Below, piece by piece: positions 51,009-63,361 of a stretch of DNA of 64,000 bases. The stretch is from Moniliella sp. 'wahieum' (Eukaryota): contig RSEE01000008.1 of the NCBI GenBank assembly GCA_003971905.1, positions 558,001 through 622,000 on the forward strand. The letters run 5' to 3'. The position numbers and the translations under genes are program-made. The notes under the pieces are model-generated. The model was not told where the DNA came from and did not search any database. It saw nothing but the letters and a program-made list of their open reading frames with translations. The first letter of the stretch is position 1, and each line of letters starts with the position of its first letter.

Positions 51009-51610
51009 TCAGACCAGGTGCTTGCCGCTGGTCTCGGGCGTGGTAGCCTTTTGCGCGCGAGCCAAGAGATCGTTGGCCGAGTCCTTAGCAAAGGAGGCTT
51101 GGGTAGCCGCCTGCGCCGCTTCCTTTTCAACATCTTGCGCCGCGTCCACTGCCTTGACAGCGCCCGTCGTCGTTGCCTGGGCAACCGCGGGAAAGGCGGC
51201 ATCGACAACCGGCTTGGCGATCGGCGCTGCACCCGGCGTGCTCCCCTCTGGGGTGGCCACAATTGGAACCGACGGCACCACACGCACCCCGGGCAGCGCA
51301 GTCGGGTTGAAGCTCCGCTCGCAATCGGTCCAGCTCTGGCCAATGCCAAAGCCCGTGCCGATCCAGACGGGCCATGCACGGCCTGGCCAGCGAGCAGGTT
51401 AGCGTCCGGCCTGCTTAGCTGGGAAGGGGGAGGAGGGGGAGGAGGGGGAGAGGCGGCGGGGGACGTACGCTTGAAGAGCACCACCGAGGCCAGCACACCC
51501 GCCGAGAAGGAGAGGCCGGTGGTGACGAGCGCATTGCTCAGACAGACATCCGCCTTGTAGCGCACAATGTCCTCGGACGGGACAGTCGGGGGGACTTGGA
51601 CGCCAGACAT
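51009..51610 (-). CDS. MIC10: MICOS complex subunit Mic10
   Basis: SEDIVRYKADVCLSNALVTTGLSFSAGVLASVVLFK, an intron, RAWPVWIGTGFGIGQSWTDCERSFNP, then an Ala-rich extension. Confidence 0.92.
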
Positions 51611-51860
51611 GCTTGGGCAGCGGTGGTGGTTCGCTAGCCTTGGCCCGCCGCGGCCGCGAGCTTGGGCTGTGCACCGGCAGCGGCAGGCCAGCGGCCGGTC
51701 GCAGCTGTTCCCGATGACCTAAGCTCCTGCTCCTGCGGACTGACGGCGGCACGTGCTGGCACCGCGCAACTGGACGCTTTGAAACGCGCCCGATTAATAA
51801 CCCTCTGCCTCCCACCCGGGCACATCCGGAGGGCCCCCAGGTCAAACAATCAAAAAAGGA

Positions 51861-51951
51861 TGACGAGAGTGGGATTCGAACCCACGCCCCGGAGGACTGC
51901 GGTTAGGGGAGCTCCTTAACACAGCGCGTTAGACCACTTCGCTATCTCGCC
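51861..51951 (-). tRNA. tRNA-Leu(AAG) with a short (~11 nt) intron
   Basis: Minus strand GGCGAGA-TAGCGAAGTGGTCTAACGC-G-CTGTG-TTAAGG[AGCTCCCCTAA]C-CGCAG, long variable arm, GTGGG-TTCGAAT-CCCAC-TCTCGTC-A, followed by T6. Confidence 0.9.
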
Positions 51952-52204
51952 TTGACTGCGTTGTCGAACAGCAACGCAAATATGCCACTCTTCGTAAGGC
52001 CTTTGGCCCTCGGATCGGCTTGAGCGGATATTTCTCAGCGGAAGAATTCCCCGCTCAGTTCCAGTGACTTCGCTCGGACGTGACGGCGTGGACGATAGAT
52101 CAAACTCCGTGTACCTCCCTATATGATAACGCTTCTGCCGGTTATGGACATCTTACAGGGTCCTCCGCCTGCCACCACCATCCCGCGTGCACCACTTGCT
52201 CACC

Positions 52205-53048
52205 ATGTCAGCCTATGGAACCGTCGCCCGTCCCACGTCGACCAAGTACCCACTCCCATTGCCCTCCCTTGCGTTCCCGCTCAAGGCACCGCAGGGGGCG
52301 TACAATGCGCTTGTCTTTCTCCACTTTCACCATCCCTCTGCTCTTTTCTCAGGGGCGATGCCTGCTAGTGAAGAAGGCAAAAAGGCGGTAGAGGCGCATC
52401 GTCTGCCTGCCGGCTGGAGGGAAAAGCTGTACCAGACCTTCCAGGGTGTCCTCAAGGAGGGAAAGACTTACCCGCAGTACGGCCCCTTGAGTGCGGATGA
52501 GTTTGACCGCTACTATCTCGACTACGACTTGATCGTCGGCGTCTTGGCTTCCGACTCGTCTGTCACAGCGGAGGACCAGAGCGGCAAGGTGTACGATGAA
52601 AGCAAACTGGGGCCCTTGGCACAGATTGACCCCGAGCGCATTGCAGTATTCTACTACGTCAAGGTAAGAAGCTCTTTTCCGCCTCCCCTGTTTTGACAAG
52701 GACGCTGACCCCCTCCGTTAGCCCAACTACCCTGGCCGCTCCTCCCACCTTTGCAATGGTGGATTTGTTGTGGCTCCTCATGTCCAGGGGGGCGGTGTGG
52801 GCTCAACGGCCGGCCGTTCGTTCCTCTACTTTGCCCCGCGTCTGGGCTACCGGGGCAGTGTGTTTAACCTGGTGTATGCCACCAACGAGGCTTCTTCGCG
52901 CATCTGGGACCGTCTCGGCTTTACGCGTGTTGGCAAGATCCCTGAGGCTGGCAAGCTTGTGACCAAGGACGGCTCGGAACAGTATGTCGATGCCTGGGTC
53001 ATTCACGGCGACTTTAAAAAGCTTGCCCCCGAGGTGGCGCAGGACTGA
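52205..53048 (+). CDS. GNAT N-acetyltransferase, Mpr1 (L-azetidine-2-carboxylate acetyltransferase)-like
   Basis: EGKTYPQ, FYYVK, intron 52664-52721, PNYPGRSSHLCNGGFVV...LGYRGSVFNLVYATNEASSRIWDRLGFTRVGKIPEAG. Confidence 0.88.
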
Positions 53049-54261
53049 GCGCATGCAATGTCGGTTTTTGCCCTGCCTGAGGCGCTGTTTCGGTCTTCGC
53101 ATATACTAGCATTGCATGCCAGTTCGTCACAGGTATGTCCCCGTGGTGGAAACCGGGGGCCGAAAGGTGAACCCTTGTCATGCGTAGACGTGCCTGACGT
53201 GCGGGCCGGACGGCCCGATTGGGGGATTAGGCCGTAGGCCTTAGTTTGGGCCAGGAGTGGAATGGTTGATTTCCATATGGCAGTAACAGCATCTGGACAG
53301 TATCTGGGTGGGGTTGGTGTAGAGGGATGAAGATTGGGCTCAGCAGTGGGTAGTAGAAGCTTGGCAGCTTCGGTATGTGGCGGGTTTTTTGCGGAGTCGA
53401 GACGTCAGCCTGAGACCAGAGGGAAGCGGGAATGCTCTTTCTGAACGGATTGCAGAGTGACTACTAGTGATGCGTTTGGTCGGCGAATAGATATGAGACG
53501 TGGCTAGGGGTGGTGCAGTGGGGTGTGCGCAGTTGAGATCATTAGTAGCGAGACAATCAAGCTCAAGTTGGCGTGCACGATGCCCAGCCTAGTCGTGGAT
53601 GCTGGAGGGTGCAGGAATGAAATTTGAAGGCCATCCCAGCGACCACGCGGGTTGGGGTGCTGGCTGGTGCCGCGCAGCCGGTGGGACTGCACGGGGCTGG
53701 TGGGAACGTCTGGAAAATCGCCGAGTACTCCATCGCCGAACGGCCCACCATGCTGGCCGGCGACCAGCTGGGATGGTTGCACCGGGGGTGCTCGCCTGCA
53801 GCGGCCCTTGCAGGAGGGAGGTGCGTAGGTCGGCCAAGCGATGCAAGGCGCGCTGGAAACTGGGGCGACGGACGACAGCAGGCAGCTGCCCAGCCAGAGC
53901 AGCGCGCGCCGGCAGCACTGAGACGCAGCACTCAGACTGAGTCGACAGTAATCAAGCGCTCCCGCTCAGCACACAGCCAGAGCTGCCGGGTCTGAGACGT
54001 CCGTGCTCCCTCTGCGTTCCTGCAGCCGCGGCCAGCGTGGCGCGTCCCGACACCCCCCGCACCAGCCCAGCCTCCCGCCACACACCGCCCCCCTGCCGCC
54101 CGCACTCCCCGTCGCCGGCAGCAGCCCAGCACCCGCCGCCGCCGCCCCACTGCCCCGCTGCGGCCCCCCCGGCCACACTCAGCCCGTGCCCGCAGCGTGT
54201 GGCGCGCTCGCCAGCTTCTTCCAGCCGGCCCCGCCACCTCTGCCCCCCCACCCCCACCACC

Positions 54262-57200
54262 ATGGATCGGCCCGAGTCCGATTCGCCCCTCGCCGCCGAG
54301 ATGGCCGGCAGCACGGCCGGCCATCCGTCCGGCGCCCTCGGCGTGCCCTCTGCCGGCGCCATGGCCCGTCCCACCGCCCCCTCCATCGCCTCCACCACCG
54401 CCAACTCTCTCGCCGCCCACCCCGGCCTGGCCGACCAGCTCGCCTCCTCCTACGCCCCCTCTTCCACCCGCGTCGACGATGCGTCTTCCATCGCCAAGAC
54501 CGCGCTCGCCTCCAAGCCTGCCCGTCGCGCCTCCCTCGACGCACTGCCCACGGCCATCGCCGACCCCTCCGCGCCCGGCGCTGCTCTGGTGCGCGCCATC
54601 TTTACCCGCATTTCCGACCGCGTACGTGGCATTCGATCGTGCTCCCATGCCTCTCTCTCCGTTGCTGACCGTTTCTCCCGTAGCTTCCTGCCAAGTCTGG
54701 CTGGCGGCTTACTACGCTCGAGTGCGACCCGATGGTGCGCAAGCAAGTTGCCAACTTGGTCGAGCTAGCCCCGCACGCGCTGCCTCTCATCCTCCACGAA
54801 CTCCTCCAGCAGCTTGATGCGCTGAACCGTGCTCTTCACACCGTTGCTGAGGACTCGATTGCTGGATTGGATCTGCTGGCGTCCCAGCTGTTTCTCGTCA
54901 AGATCCTAGTAGCCTGTCTCTTCAGCCACTGGCGCACCACCAACGACTCTCTCCGCCCTAACCAGGGCATCGACCCCTCAACCTCGACCGGTGCCCCCGC
55001 CACCGGCGAGGGTTGGGACGATCCTCTCCCTCTTGATGATGCCTTGGCCCGCCGCGCGGTGGCCCTCATGGCAGCCTACCTTCGCCATGCTGCTGCCCGG
55101 GAAGATTCGGGCCTGTTCATCGACCCTGCTATGCTCGATGCGCCTAAGCCTCAGGCCGCTAGCAAGGGCGCCTCTTCCCGTGGCCGGGATGCACTGCAGC
55201 GTCTCGGAGGCCGTGGAGGGCGCAAGGAGGACGATGCGGACGCAAAGGAAGCCGAGAAGGAGGATCGTCTTTTGGACGGCCCTCACCTACTCCTCTACGG
55301 TGGAGGTGCACCTCTCTTCTCCCTTCTTCCTTCCTTCCCCCCCTCGCTAACGCCTTTGGTTCCGGCGTTCCACGCCTGCCCAACGACGGCACCTCCCCCC
55401 CGAGTTTAACCGCGCTTGGATGGAGGCTACACCCTCGCTCGGCGATACGCCCAGCGAGGCGGCTGCTGCACGTGGTGACCTCGACACTCTCCCCACCGTT
55501 GTGGCCGATCTAAGCAAGCATGCCGCCATGGTTCTCTTCTACTTATCTTCGTCCAACTGGGGTGTTGTCTTTAACCGTCTGCGGCAGCGCTTCACCATCC
55601 TCGCCGCGCAAGGACGCAACCCCGCTACGGCCGTGCACCCGGATGACCTCGCTGCCGCCTTGGGTGATTTGCGGATCCTGGAAGCGATCAACGCGACCAA
55701 ACCGCGCCTGGGCGTTGTCCTGGCCGAACTCAACAATGTCTTTCTCCACTTCCGCCGGCCGGCGCAAGTGGCCACAGCAATTACGCTGCGGAGGATGATC
55801 TGGTCTTTATCCTCTATCGTCCGAGCGAGTTTGCTGCCCTGTACCAGTCCAACCGTCGCTTGGATGGTGGGCCTGACGCGCTTTTCGACCAAATCGCCAC
55901 TGCATCCGAGTCCCATGTAGGCGGCAAGCGGCGTGCTGTTTTCTGGCCCGTCATGTCTTCCCTGTTGGCCTTGTGCCCCGACCTGGTTGCGCGCCTGGTT
56001 GCTGGCGAAGGCCGGAAGCTGGTTGTCGCCAGCGCAGGCAAAAAGCATGCGTTTTACGATGCTCTGCGCAAGCAACTGCGCCAAGGCGCCAAGCCCGCTT
56101 CGCCCCCTGACGCCCCGGCTCATGCCGGGGTGGATCTGGTTGTGGCGGCGGCCTATACCCGTTCCTCGGATGCGGCCTTGCGCCTGGTTGTGCCGGATCT
56201 CGAGCCGGAGCTGCGGGACCGGGTGTTTACTCCTCTTCGTCTGGCCGCGGGGGCAGGGGGAGCACGCGCGGACGAGGTTGCGCTTGCGTCGGAACTGCTT
56301 GCTGCTCTCTACGCCCTCGACCCTGCGCGTACCGCCGCTGAGATCATTCCCGGCTGTCTGGCCGACAAGGCCACGACAAGCGCCAAGATCATGCTGACCA
56401 AAGCAGCCTTGCGCTTATCCGCCGGGCCCGGCCGAGTCTCGTGGCGCCCCTCGCTGTCGAGCCTTTATGGATTGATTGCGCTTCCTCTCCGGCACATGTT
56501 CAAGGAGACTGCGCATGCGATCACCCGCCAAGCTGGTGGACTTCCCAGCAGCAATGGCTCGGGCGCCTTGTCGCCTTCGCAGTCTGCCGCCTCGTTGTCC
56601 ACCTCGGGCAAACTTTCCTTTACGCGCGGCTCGGTCGCAGGCCAGCCGGGGCTCTCGCCTGCCGCGGTGGCCGCAGCCAATGCGGCCGACCCGCCGGCGC
56701 GCCGGCGGGAACTGCTGATCTACATCCTGCACTTGTGGCAAGCCGAGTTTACACTTTGCACCCATGGGATGGGCAAAGACCATCGTCCGCGGCCTCCGCC
56801 CGAGGTTCGTGCACCTTGGTCCCACGATTCGTTCTGGGCCGATGTACGCAACGTGGACACGCCGCTCAGCTTGGCTTGGGCCGTCGGCTTCACGGCCCAA
56901 GCGCATGGGTGGGAAAAAGTTGCTCCAGCCGCGTTGGGCGTGCTGATGATTCCGATCTGGCGGCCGGGCAAGGAATTGCAACCGTACCTGCTGGCTGCAC
57001 GGGAGAGCGTGACGCCTTATTTGCTTTTGGCATTTTACGAGCGGATCATGTGGGCCGACTCGCCGTACACGCGTCGCCTTTACCTTCACCTGACGCACAA
57101 TGTCTTGCTCGCCCGCCTCACCCACCCAGGGAAGGATGCGACGCTTGGTCCAGCTGGCGGTGGAGCAATTGGCCCCACGGCCGCCGCTGCGGCCCAAAGT

Positions 57201-60200
57201 GCGCGGGAAGCCATCCTGGCAGCCGAAGCGGTTGAAGCCGAGGTGGCGGTCTTGCTCACGCTCTGCTCGGCGGAGACCGACATTTCGCATGGCGCGGCGC
57301 AGCTGGCGCGGCTCATGGTGGACATTCACGATGCGCACGGAACGCCGCTGCCGGCAGCGTGGCGGTCGTTTTATCTCCATGCCGAAAAAGTTTCGTCGCC
57401 CTTCGCTGGCCGGGTGGCGCAGCAGCGCACGCTCCGTCAAGCCTTGGCCGAGGTCTCTGAGGTGGGCGGCCTGGGACCGACGCAAGGTGCTCGGGGCGCC
57501 TGGACCGAGGCGTACCGTCGTTGGGGTACCCTAACCCAAATTGTTGCCCGGCCCATGGCAGCCGACATGAGCGACACGGCGCAGGACAAGGCTGCGTACT
57601 GGCACAACCTCACTGCGTTCTTGGCCAGCTTGGGCGGCGCCGTGTCGTTGCCGCACCCGGAAGAGAAGGCGCTCGCGCTTGTCTCGCCTAAATTGCCCGG
57701 CGTCGGAGACGAGGCTGACGCGGCCACGCTCGTCGACACGTATGTGCAGGAAATGGTCGACTTGCTTGTCAGCGACTCGCTCTGGGTGCGCGACAAGGTC
57801 AAGTCGACACTAGGCCAGGACTTGGGCGTAAAGCTAGCGGCGCTGCTGCTTAAGCAGGTGCATATTGTGCTCTCCGAGTTCTTTGATAAGCACACGGGTC
57901 TTCCACGTCCGTCGGACATGTTTACGGTGTTCATTGAACAGTCCATTGCCGTGGTGGAGGCCATGTTGGCGCGGATGCCACTGCGGGTCGCGCCGCAGGA
58001 AGAAGGCGAGGAAGCTGAAGAAGGCGAAGGTCCGCTGCGGGTCGACATTGGGTCGCTGATGGTATTGTATGTCGAGTACGCCAATGCGTTGGGCAAAAAG
58101 GAGCAGCCGCTGCGGATCAAGTTGGCAGTGGCGCAGTTGTGCGCTACGCTGCTGAAGCACAAGGCATCGTTTGCCTTTAGCAACGAGCTGCCGGTGCGCA
58201 ACCGCTTGTTCCAGGCGCTGGTCACCTGGACGTCCGAGTCGGTACGTTTTTCCCCCGGGATCGATGTGTGCGTGGACGTGTGACTGACCCAAGGAACGAA
58301 GATGGACGAGGGCGGCACGGGTAAGCTGCCCAGCCGGAGCATTCAGCGCGAGCTCGATGTGGCCTGCTTGCGGACCGTGTCAATGCTGCTAGAGAACCTG
58401 CCTTTGATTCTGGCCGACGACGCACTGGTGCTGGACGACAAAGTCGAGTGGGCCAAGTCGCGCCAGTTCAGCATGTACTTCAACTACTTCCTCAAGGTGT
58501 TCAATCGTGCCAAGGACGCCGAGGCGAGCGCGGCTGCGCGCGCGATCGCCGCCAGTGGCGTGTCGGGCCCCGTTGCCGAAGCGCGGCGCGCGCAAGGCGC
58601 GGTGTTGGTCAACGAGAGAGGTACTGCAAGAGTCGGCGATCCAGGCCCTGAGTAACTTGTTGGCGGCCAACATCGATTCGGGCTTGCAACACTCTCTCCC
58701 GCTCGCCTACAAGGACGATCTGCGGATCCGGACTGTCTTTATGCAGATCATGACCAATGTCTTGCGCCAGGGAGCCCAGTTTGACGACCTGGACCGCCTC
58801 AACTCGACGCGGCAACAGCAAAACCAACTCGCCGAGCTGATCGCTGACCCGGGCATGCAGCTCGCCCTCTCCATCTGCCAGATTTGCCGCGGATTTGAGG
58901 CGGAGAGCTTGGACTGTGTCCTGCTCTCTCTTTTCGATTCACGTGGGGAGGTGCTTCGCTTCCTGGGATTGGCGTTGCGGGAAGAGATTGAGCGCACGCC
59001 GTCTGAGGAGATGGTGTTCCGGACCAACTCCTTCCGCACACGCTTGCTTAGCGTGTATGCGCGCATGCACGGTTACGAGTATCTCCGCGCCACCGTTGGC
59101 CCTCTGATCATCGACTTTGCTGCGCGGGCTCAGGGCGTGTCGTTTGAGATTGACCCTGCCAAGATCGACGCATCCGAGGTCGGCGGGCAAGCGGCGGCCG
59201 AGGCCATCTTGGCCGCGAACCAGGCGCGCTTGGAGGAGATGACGCAGGCGTTCATTGACGCCATCTGCTCGTCGGCGGCCAAGTTACCGCCGGTGCTGGG
59301 CGAGTTGTGCCGGCAGATTCGTGGTCTGATGGACAACAAGTTCCCCGAGGCGCGGTACCAAGGTGTGGGAGGCTTCATGTTCCTCCGCTTCATTTCGCCT
59401 GCCATTGTGGCTCCGCAGCTTATCGACCTTAACTTGGCACCGGGAGCGCGGGAGATGCGGCGCGGGGGCTGTTGCTCGTGTCAAAGATCTTGCAGACGCT
59501 GGCGTCCAACACGGTGCTCGCAACCCACAAGGAGGGCTTCATGACTCGCATGAACGATTTCCTCAAACGCAATGTGTGGAAGGTGACACGTTTCCTGGAC
59601 CAGGTGAGCGACGTGAAACCACTCGAACAGACTTTGACGACGGTGCCCGACGGTGCCGCCTCCAGTGGCGCTGCCACGGCCGCCGGCGCAACGGCCGCAG
59701 CCGGGGCGCAGAACTCCATCTTTGCGGTGGGCTACCAGGTTACCGAGTCGGATGAGCATACGTTGCACAAGTTCCTGTTTGACAATGTGGACAAGCTAGG
59801 CAAGGACTTGCTGGCACGCTCGGCTGCTGCGCGCGCCGAGGGGAACACTGCCGTCGCCGACGACGCAAAGCGAGCGTACGATGGATGTGTGTGGTGCTCG
59901 CCGAGATGGGCGACTACGAGTTGGACATCAATGCGCTTGGCCTCGGCACGGGCCCGGGCGGCAGACCGGACGGAGCGGCGTACCGTGAGTTTATGCGGCG
60001 CAATGCGGGCGTCATGTCGACACCTCGGCGTTTACCAACATCCTGCGTGTTGGCCCGCCAGGAGCGAGTGGGCGGCCGGTGCTGTATTACTCTGTGGCGG
60101 CGGTGCGTGCAGCGACGGTGGACTTTGAGGCTCTGATCGTGTATGCGATGCAGTTGCTCCAGCACTTCCTCCACCGCGAGTTTGACCTGTTGGTCGATAT

Positions 60201-63200
60201 GACGTGCATGACAGCCGAGAACTGGATCCCGCACCAATGGATGCTCTTTTGGAGCACGCTCATGCCCTCTGACATTCGCGAGAATCTGCGCACCGTGATT
60301 GTGCTCAACGCCAACATTGCTGCCCGCGAGTGCATCTACCCCTACTTCCAGCATGATCCCGAGAAGGCTGGTCCGGCCCCTCCCGACAGCATCTTTGCCT
60401 TCCTCAGCGGCAAGAGCGTCAACTTTGTCCACACCCTCGACGAGCTCCAGCGGTTCATCCCCCGTCGTGACATTGCTCTCGCTCCGGCCACGAGCGCCAT
60501 CCTCCACTCCCCTGTCGAGACGTCCATTGCGACTGCCCCTGATTGCGCACTACCGTGCCCTCGTGCCCGTGGCGTTCAAGACGAGTGGCGAGTATCTGCA
60601 GATCACTTCCCTCAAACCGCAGGAGATGTGGGTTGGTATGGCGGCCGCGACGAATGAGGTGATCCACTTTGCCGACATTGACGACATTTGCCCTGCTTCG
60701 GCCCGTGGGGAGGAGACCACTTTCCTGATCACCTGCAAAGCAGGCCAGACCGTCTTCCTCTTCCACTCCCAGGACCGCACGGAGATTGTGCAGGCGCTTC
60801 GTCAGGCCAAGGCCCGCATTACCCGCGTCGCCCCAGCCCCTGGCGCTGCCACGGCAGAGCGGACACTGATGCCCAGCGACGTGCCGGGCACACTGCTCAA
60901 TATGGCCCTGCTCAACCTCGGCAGCGGAGACTATGCGCTGCGGGTGAGCGCGTACAACCTCCTCTTCGCCTTGTCTACCTCGTTCAGCTTCACTGCTTCC
61001 CACGCACGCCGCCGGCTGCTCTCAGTCCGTGGTCTGGGGCTGCCTGCCACCACTGCCAGCTTTGCTGCCGAACTCAGCCGCGACTTTGCCACCTCGGCAC
61101 CCACCGTCACGCTCGAGTTCCTCGTGTCCTTCTTTGAGGGCTTTGATGTCTCGACCGCAGACCAGAAGGCCGCGGCACTGCAGTACATGGTGCCCTGGTT
61201 GACCAACCTCGCTCTCTTCACTCACTCGAGTCGCGCCCAGCAAGCTGAATACACTAAGCGTATCAAGGTGATCCTCTCCCACCTGGTCAAGATCACGGTT
61301 CAAGAGCCCGATGTGTACTCGCTGATGCAGCGTTTGGTCTGGGCACATGTCACCAAGTTGGATCCCCTCCTGCCCATATTACTGGACGTGTTTGTCGAGG
61401 CGGCGATTGATGCTGGCATCGAGACTGCCGCGTTTGAGGCGGTGGCTGAGACGCTGGCCTCCTTTGCATCCTTCAACATGCGTGGCAAGCTGCTTGCCCG
61501 TCTACGGCGGACAATCGCCAAGACAAGTAAGGCGCTTGGTGCCAACCCCTATGCCGATGCCCAGGTGTGGCTGGAGCTCGCCACGCTGGTCCGCTTCAAT
61601 GTGGTGCTCTCTTTCACCTCGCGGGCTGAGCTGATGCTATTCTTGCCCGAATCGATCCACGTTCTTCTTCTCCTGGCCGGGACCGGACCAGACGTGATGC
61701 GCCGTGGGACGCGCACTGCATTGGTCAACCTGGCTCACTCGCTGTGTACTGACGACTCTCGGCATGCACGTGGGGGCGAGAGCGGGCTGGGTGCTGGGCC
61801 GACGGACCCGGTAGGCGGTGCACCGGTCCCGCTGACGGCCAGCAAACTGCGCAGTGCTCTGCTCTTCTTTGCCAGCAACGACACGTCCCCTCTTTGGCCT
61901 GCCCAAGGAGGAAGGCGACGATTGCCCCGACCCCTTTACCGGGACCATGGTGGTGGATACCTCGGAGCCAACGATTGAGCAGATTGAGCAGCTTTCGTCT
62001 CGCGTCTTGCCCTTGTTGGACCTTGCTGCGCCCAGCACCGACACGGCCAACGCGTGGCGCGCTCGCCTGGTGAGCCTCGTGACCAGTACCGCGTTCCAGT
62101 ACAACCCGCACGTTCAGTCTCGCGCCTTTGTCTTGCTCGGTGCCCTGGCCCAGGGCGAGATCGACGACGATCTCATGTACCAGATCTTGGTTTCGCTCCG
62201 TGGCGCCATGCTCGAATGGGGTGCCAATGCCAACCCGGGACCTCTGGCTTCGATTGTGACCTGTCTGGCTAAGGTTGTCCGCGCCCTCCCACCCCAGAGC
62301 AAGTACCTGCCTCAGATGGCCTGGGTGGCCATTGCGATGCTCGAGACGAGTGTGCCTGAGATCTTCAGTGCGGCTGCGCAGCTGCTCAATGCAGCGCTGT
62401 CCACCCTGGCGGCCGTGCAATTGCCCCTCGCGGCTGGCCTGGACCCGCTCACGTTCCTCCTCGAGGCCCGCAACGAGTTCCGCGATGCCTCGTGCCGTCT
62501 CGACGATGAAGCCGGGGTGGACTTTGAGATTGACTTTGGCTTTGCGCTGGCGGCACTGCTCGTGCGTGGTCTGCGGGACAGCACAACACGGGCAACGACG
62601 GTGGGTGGAGGTGCTTCTGTGCCTACTCCGCGTCTCCTCGACTAATGAGAAGGAGAACGGTGAGGCCGGGCGAGGCAGCAAAGTGTCACCGGCCGCGGTG
62701 GGCTTGTTCGTCGCTTTACTGCCCTCAGCTACCAGTGAGAGCGGACTGGCATCACTCTCCTCGACTGGGATTGCCAGTAATGTGGTGGAGGCAGCGGTCA
62801 AGGCGCGCAGGGAAGGGGAATGGTCTCTCGCCTCTTTGCTCTTGCCAGTCGACAATAAGCAAGCGCTCCTGGTCACTGCACTGCTGGCAGCATTGCTTGA
62901 CCACGCTCAGGACGAGGATGAAAAGGTGCTGCTTTACACGCTGCTGCGCGACATGGCGGTGGCCAAGCCCGCCATCTTGTCTATCATGTACGTTTGTCTT
63001 CCCGTCTGCGTTACATTTTTTTTCGCTCAGCTTTTACTGACTGTCCGGACTGAACGGGTACGAGTGGGTTGCTGCTGGAATGCAGACCGAAATTGAGTCG
63101 TCGACGAACGAACTGATTTTGGACGCAGTGCAGGCCATTACGTCGGTGGCGGTGTGCGAGCCGGTGGTGGCCGCCCAGGCGGCGGAGACGGCACGGCGCG

Positions 63201-63361
63201 GTGGTCTCGGTGCTTACCTCGATGAAGCTGGGTTTGCCTCCTTCCTTGAGTGTGGTGCGTTCAGCGCGGCGCCAGAGTTGGACGAGACTCAGCGTGTGCT
63301 GGTCGCTCGGTTGGCTGCCGCGTTGCTAGCGGGCGCCATCGATGCGGGGGCGCATGATTAA
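54262..63361 (+). CDS. Neurofibromin / Ira1-Ira2-like Ras GTPase-activating protein
   Basis: LFYLSSSNWGVVFNRL, ALSNLLAANIDSGL, RasGAP VFRTNS...GGFMFLRFISPAIVAP...LVSKILQTLAS, a Sec14/PH-like region, SDVPGTLLNMALLNL..D.ALRVSAYNLL, AFQYNPHVQSRAFVLLG. Introns at ~54622-54683, ~58242-58301 and ~62988-63085; multiple frameshifts. Confidence 0.92.
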
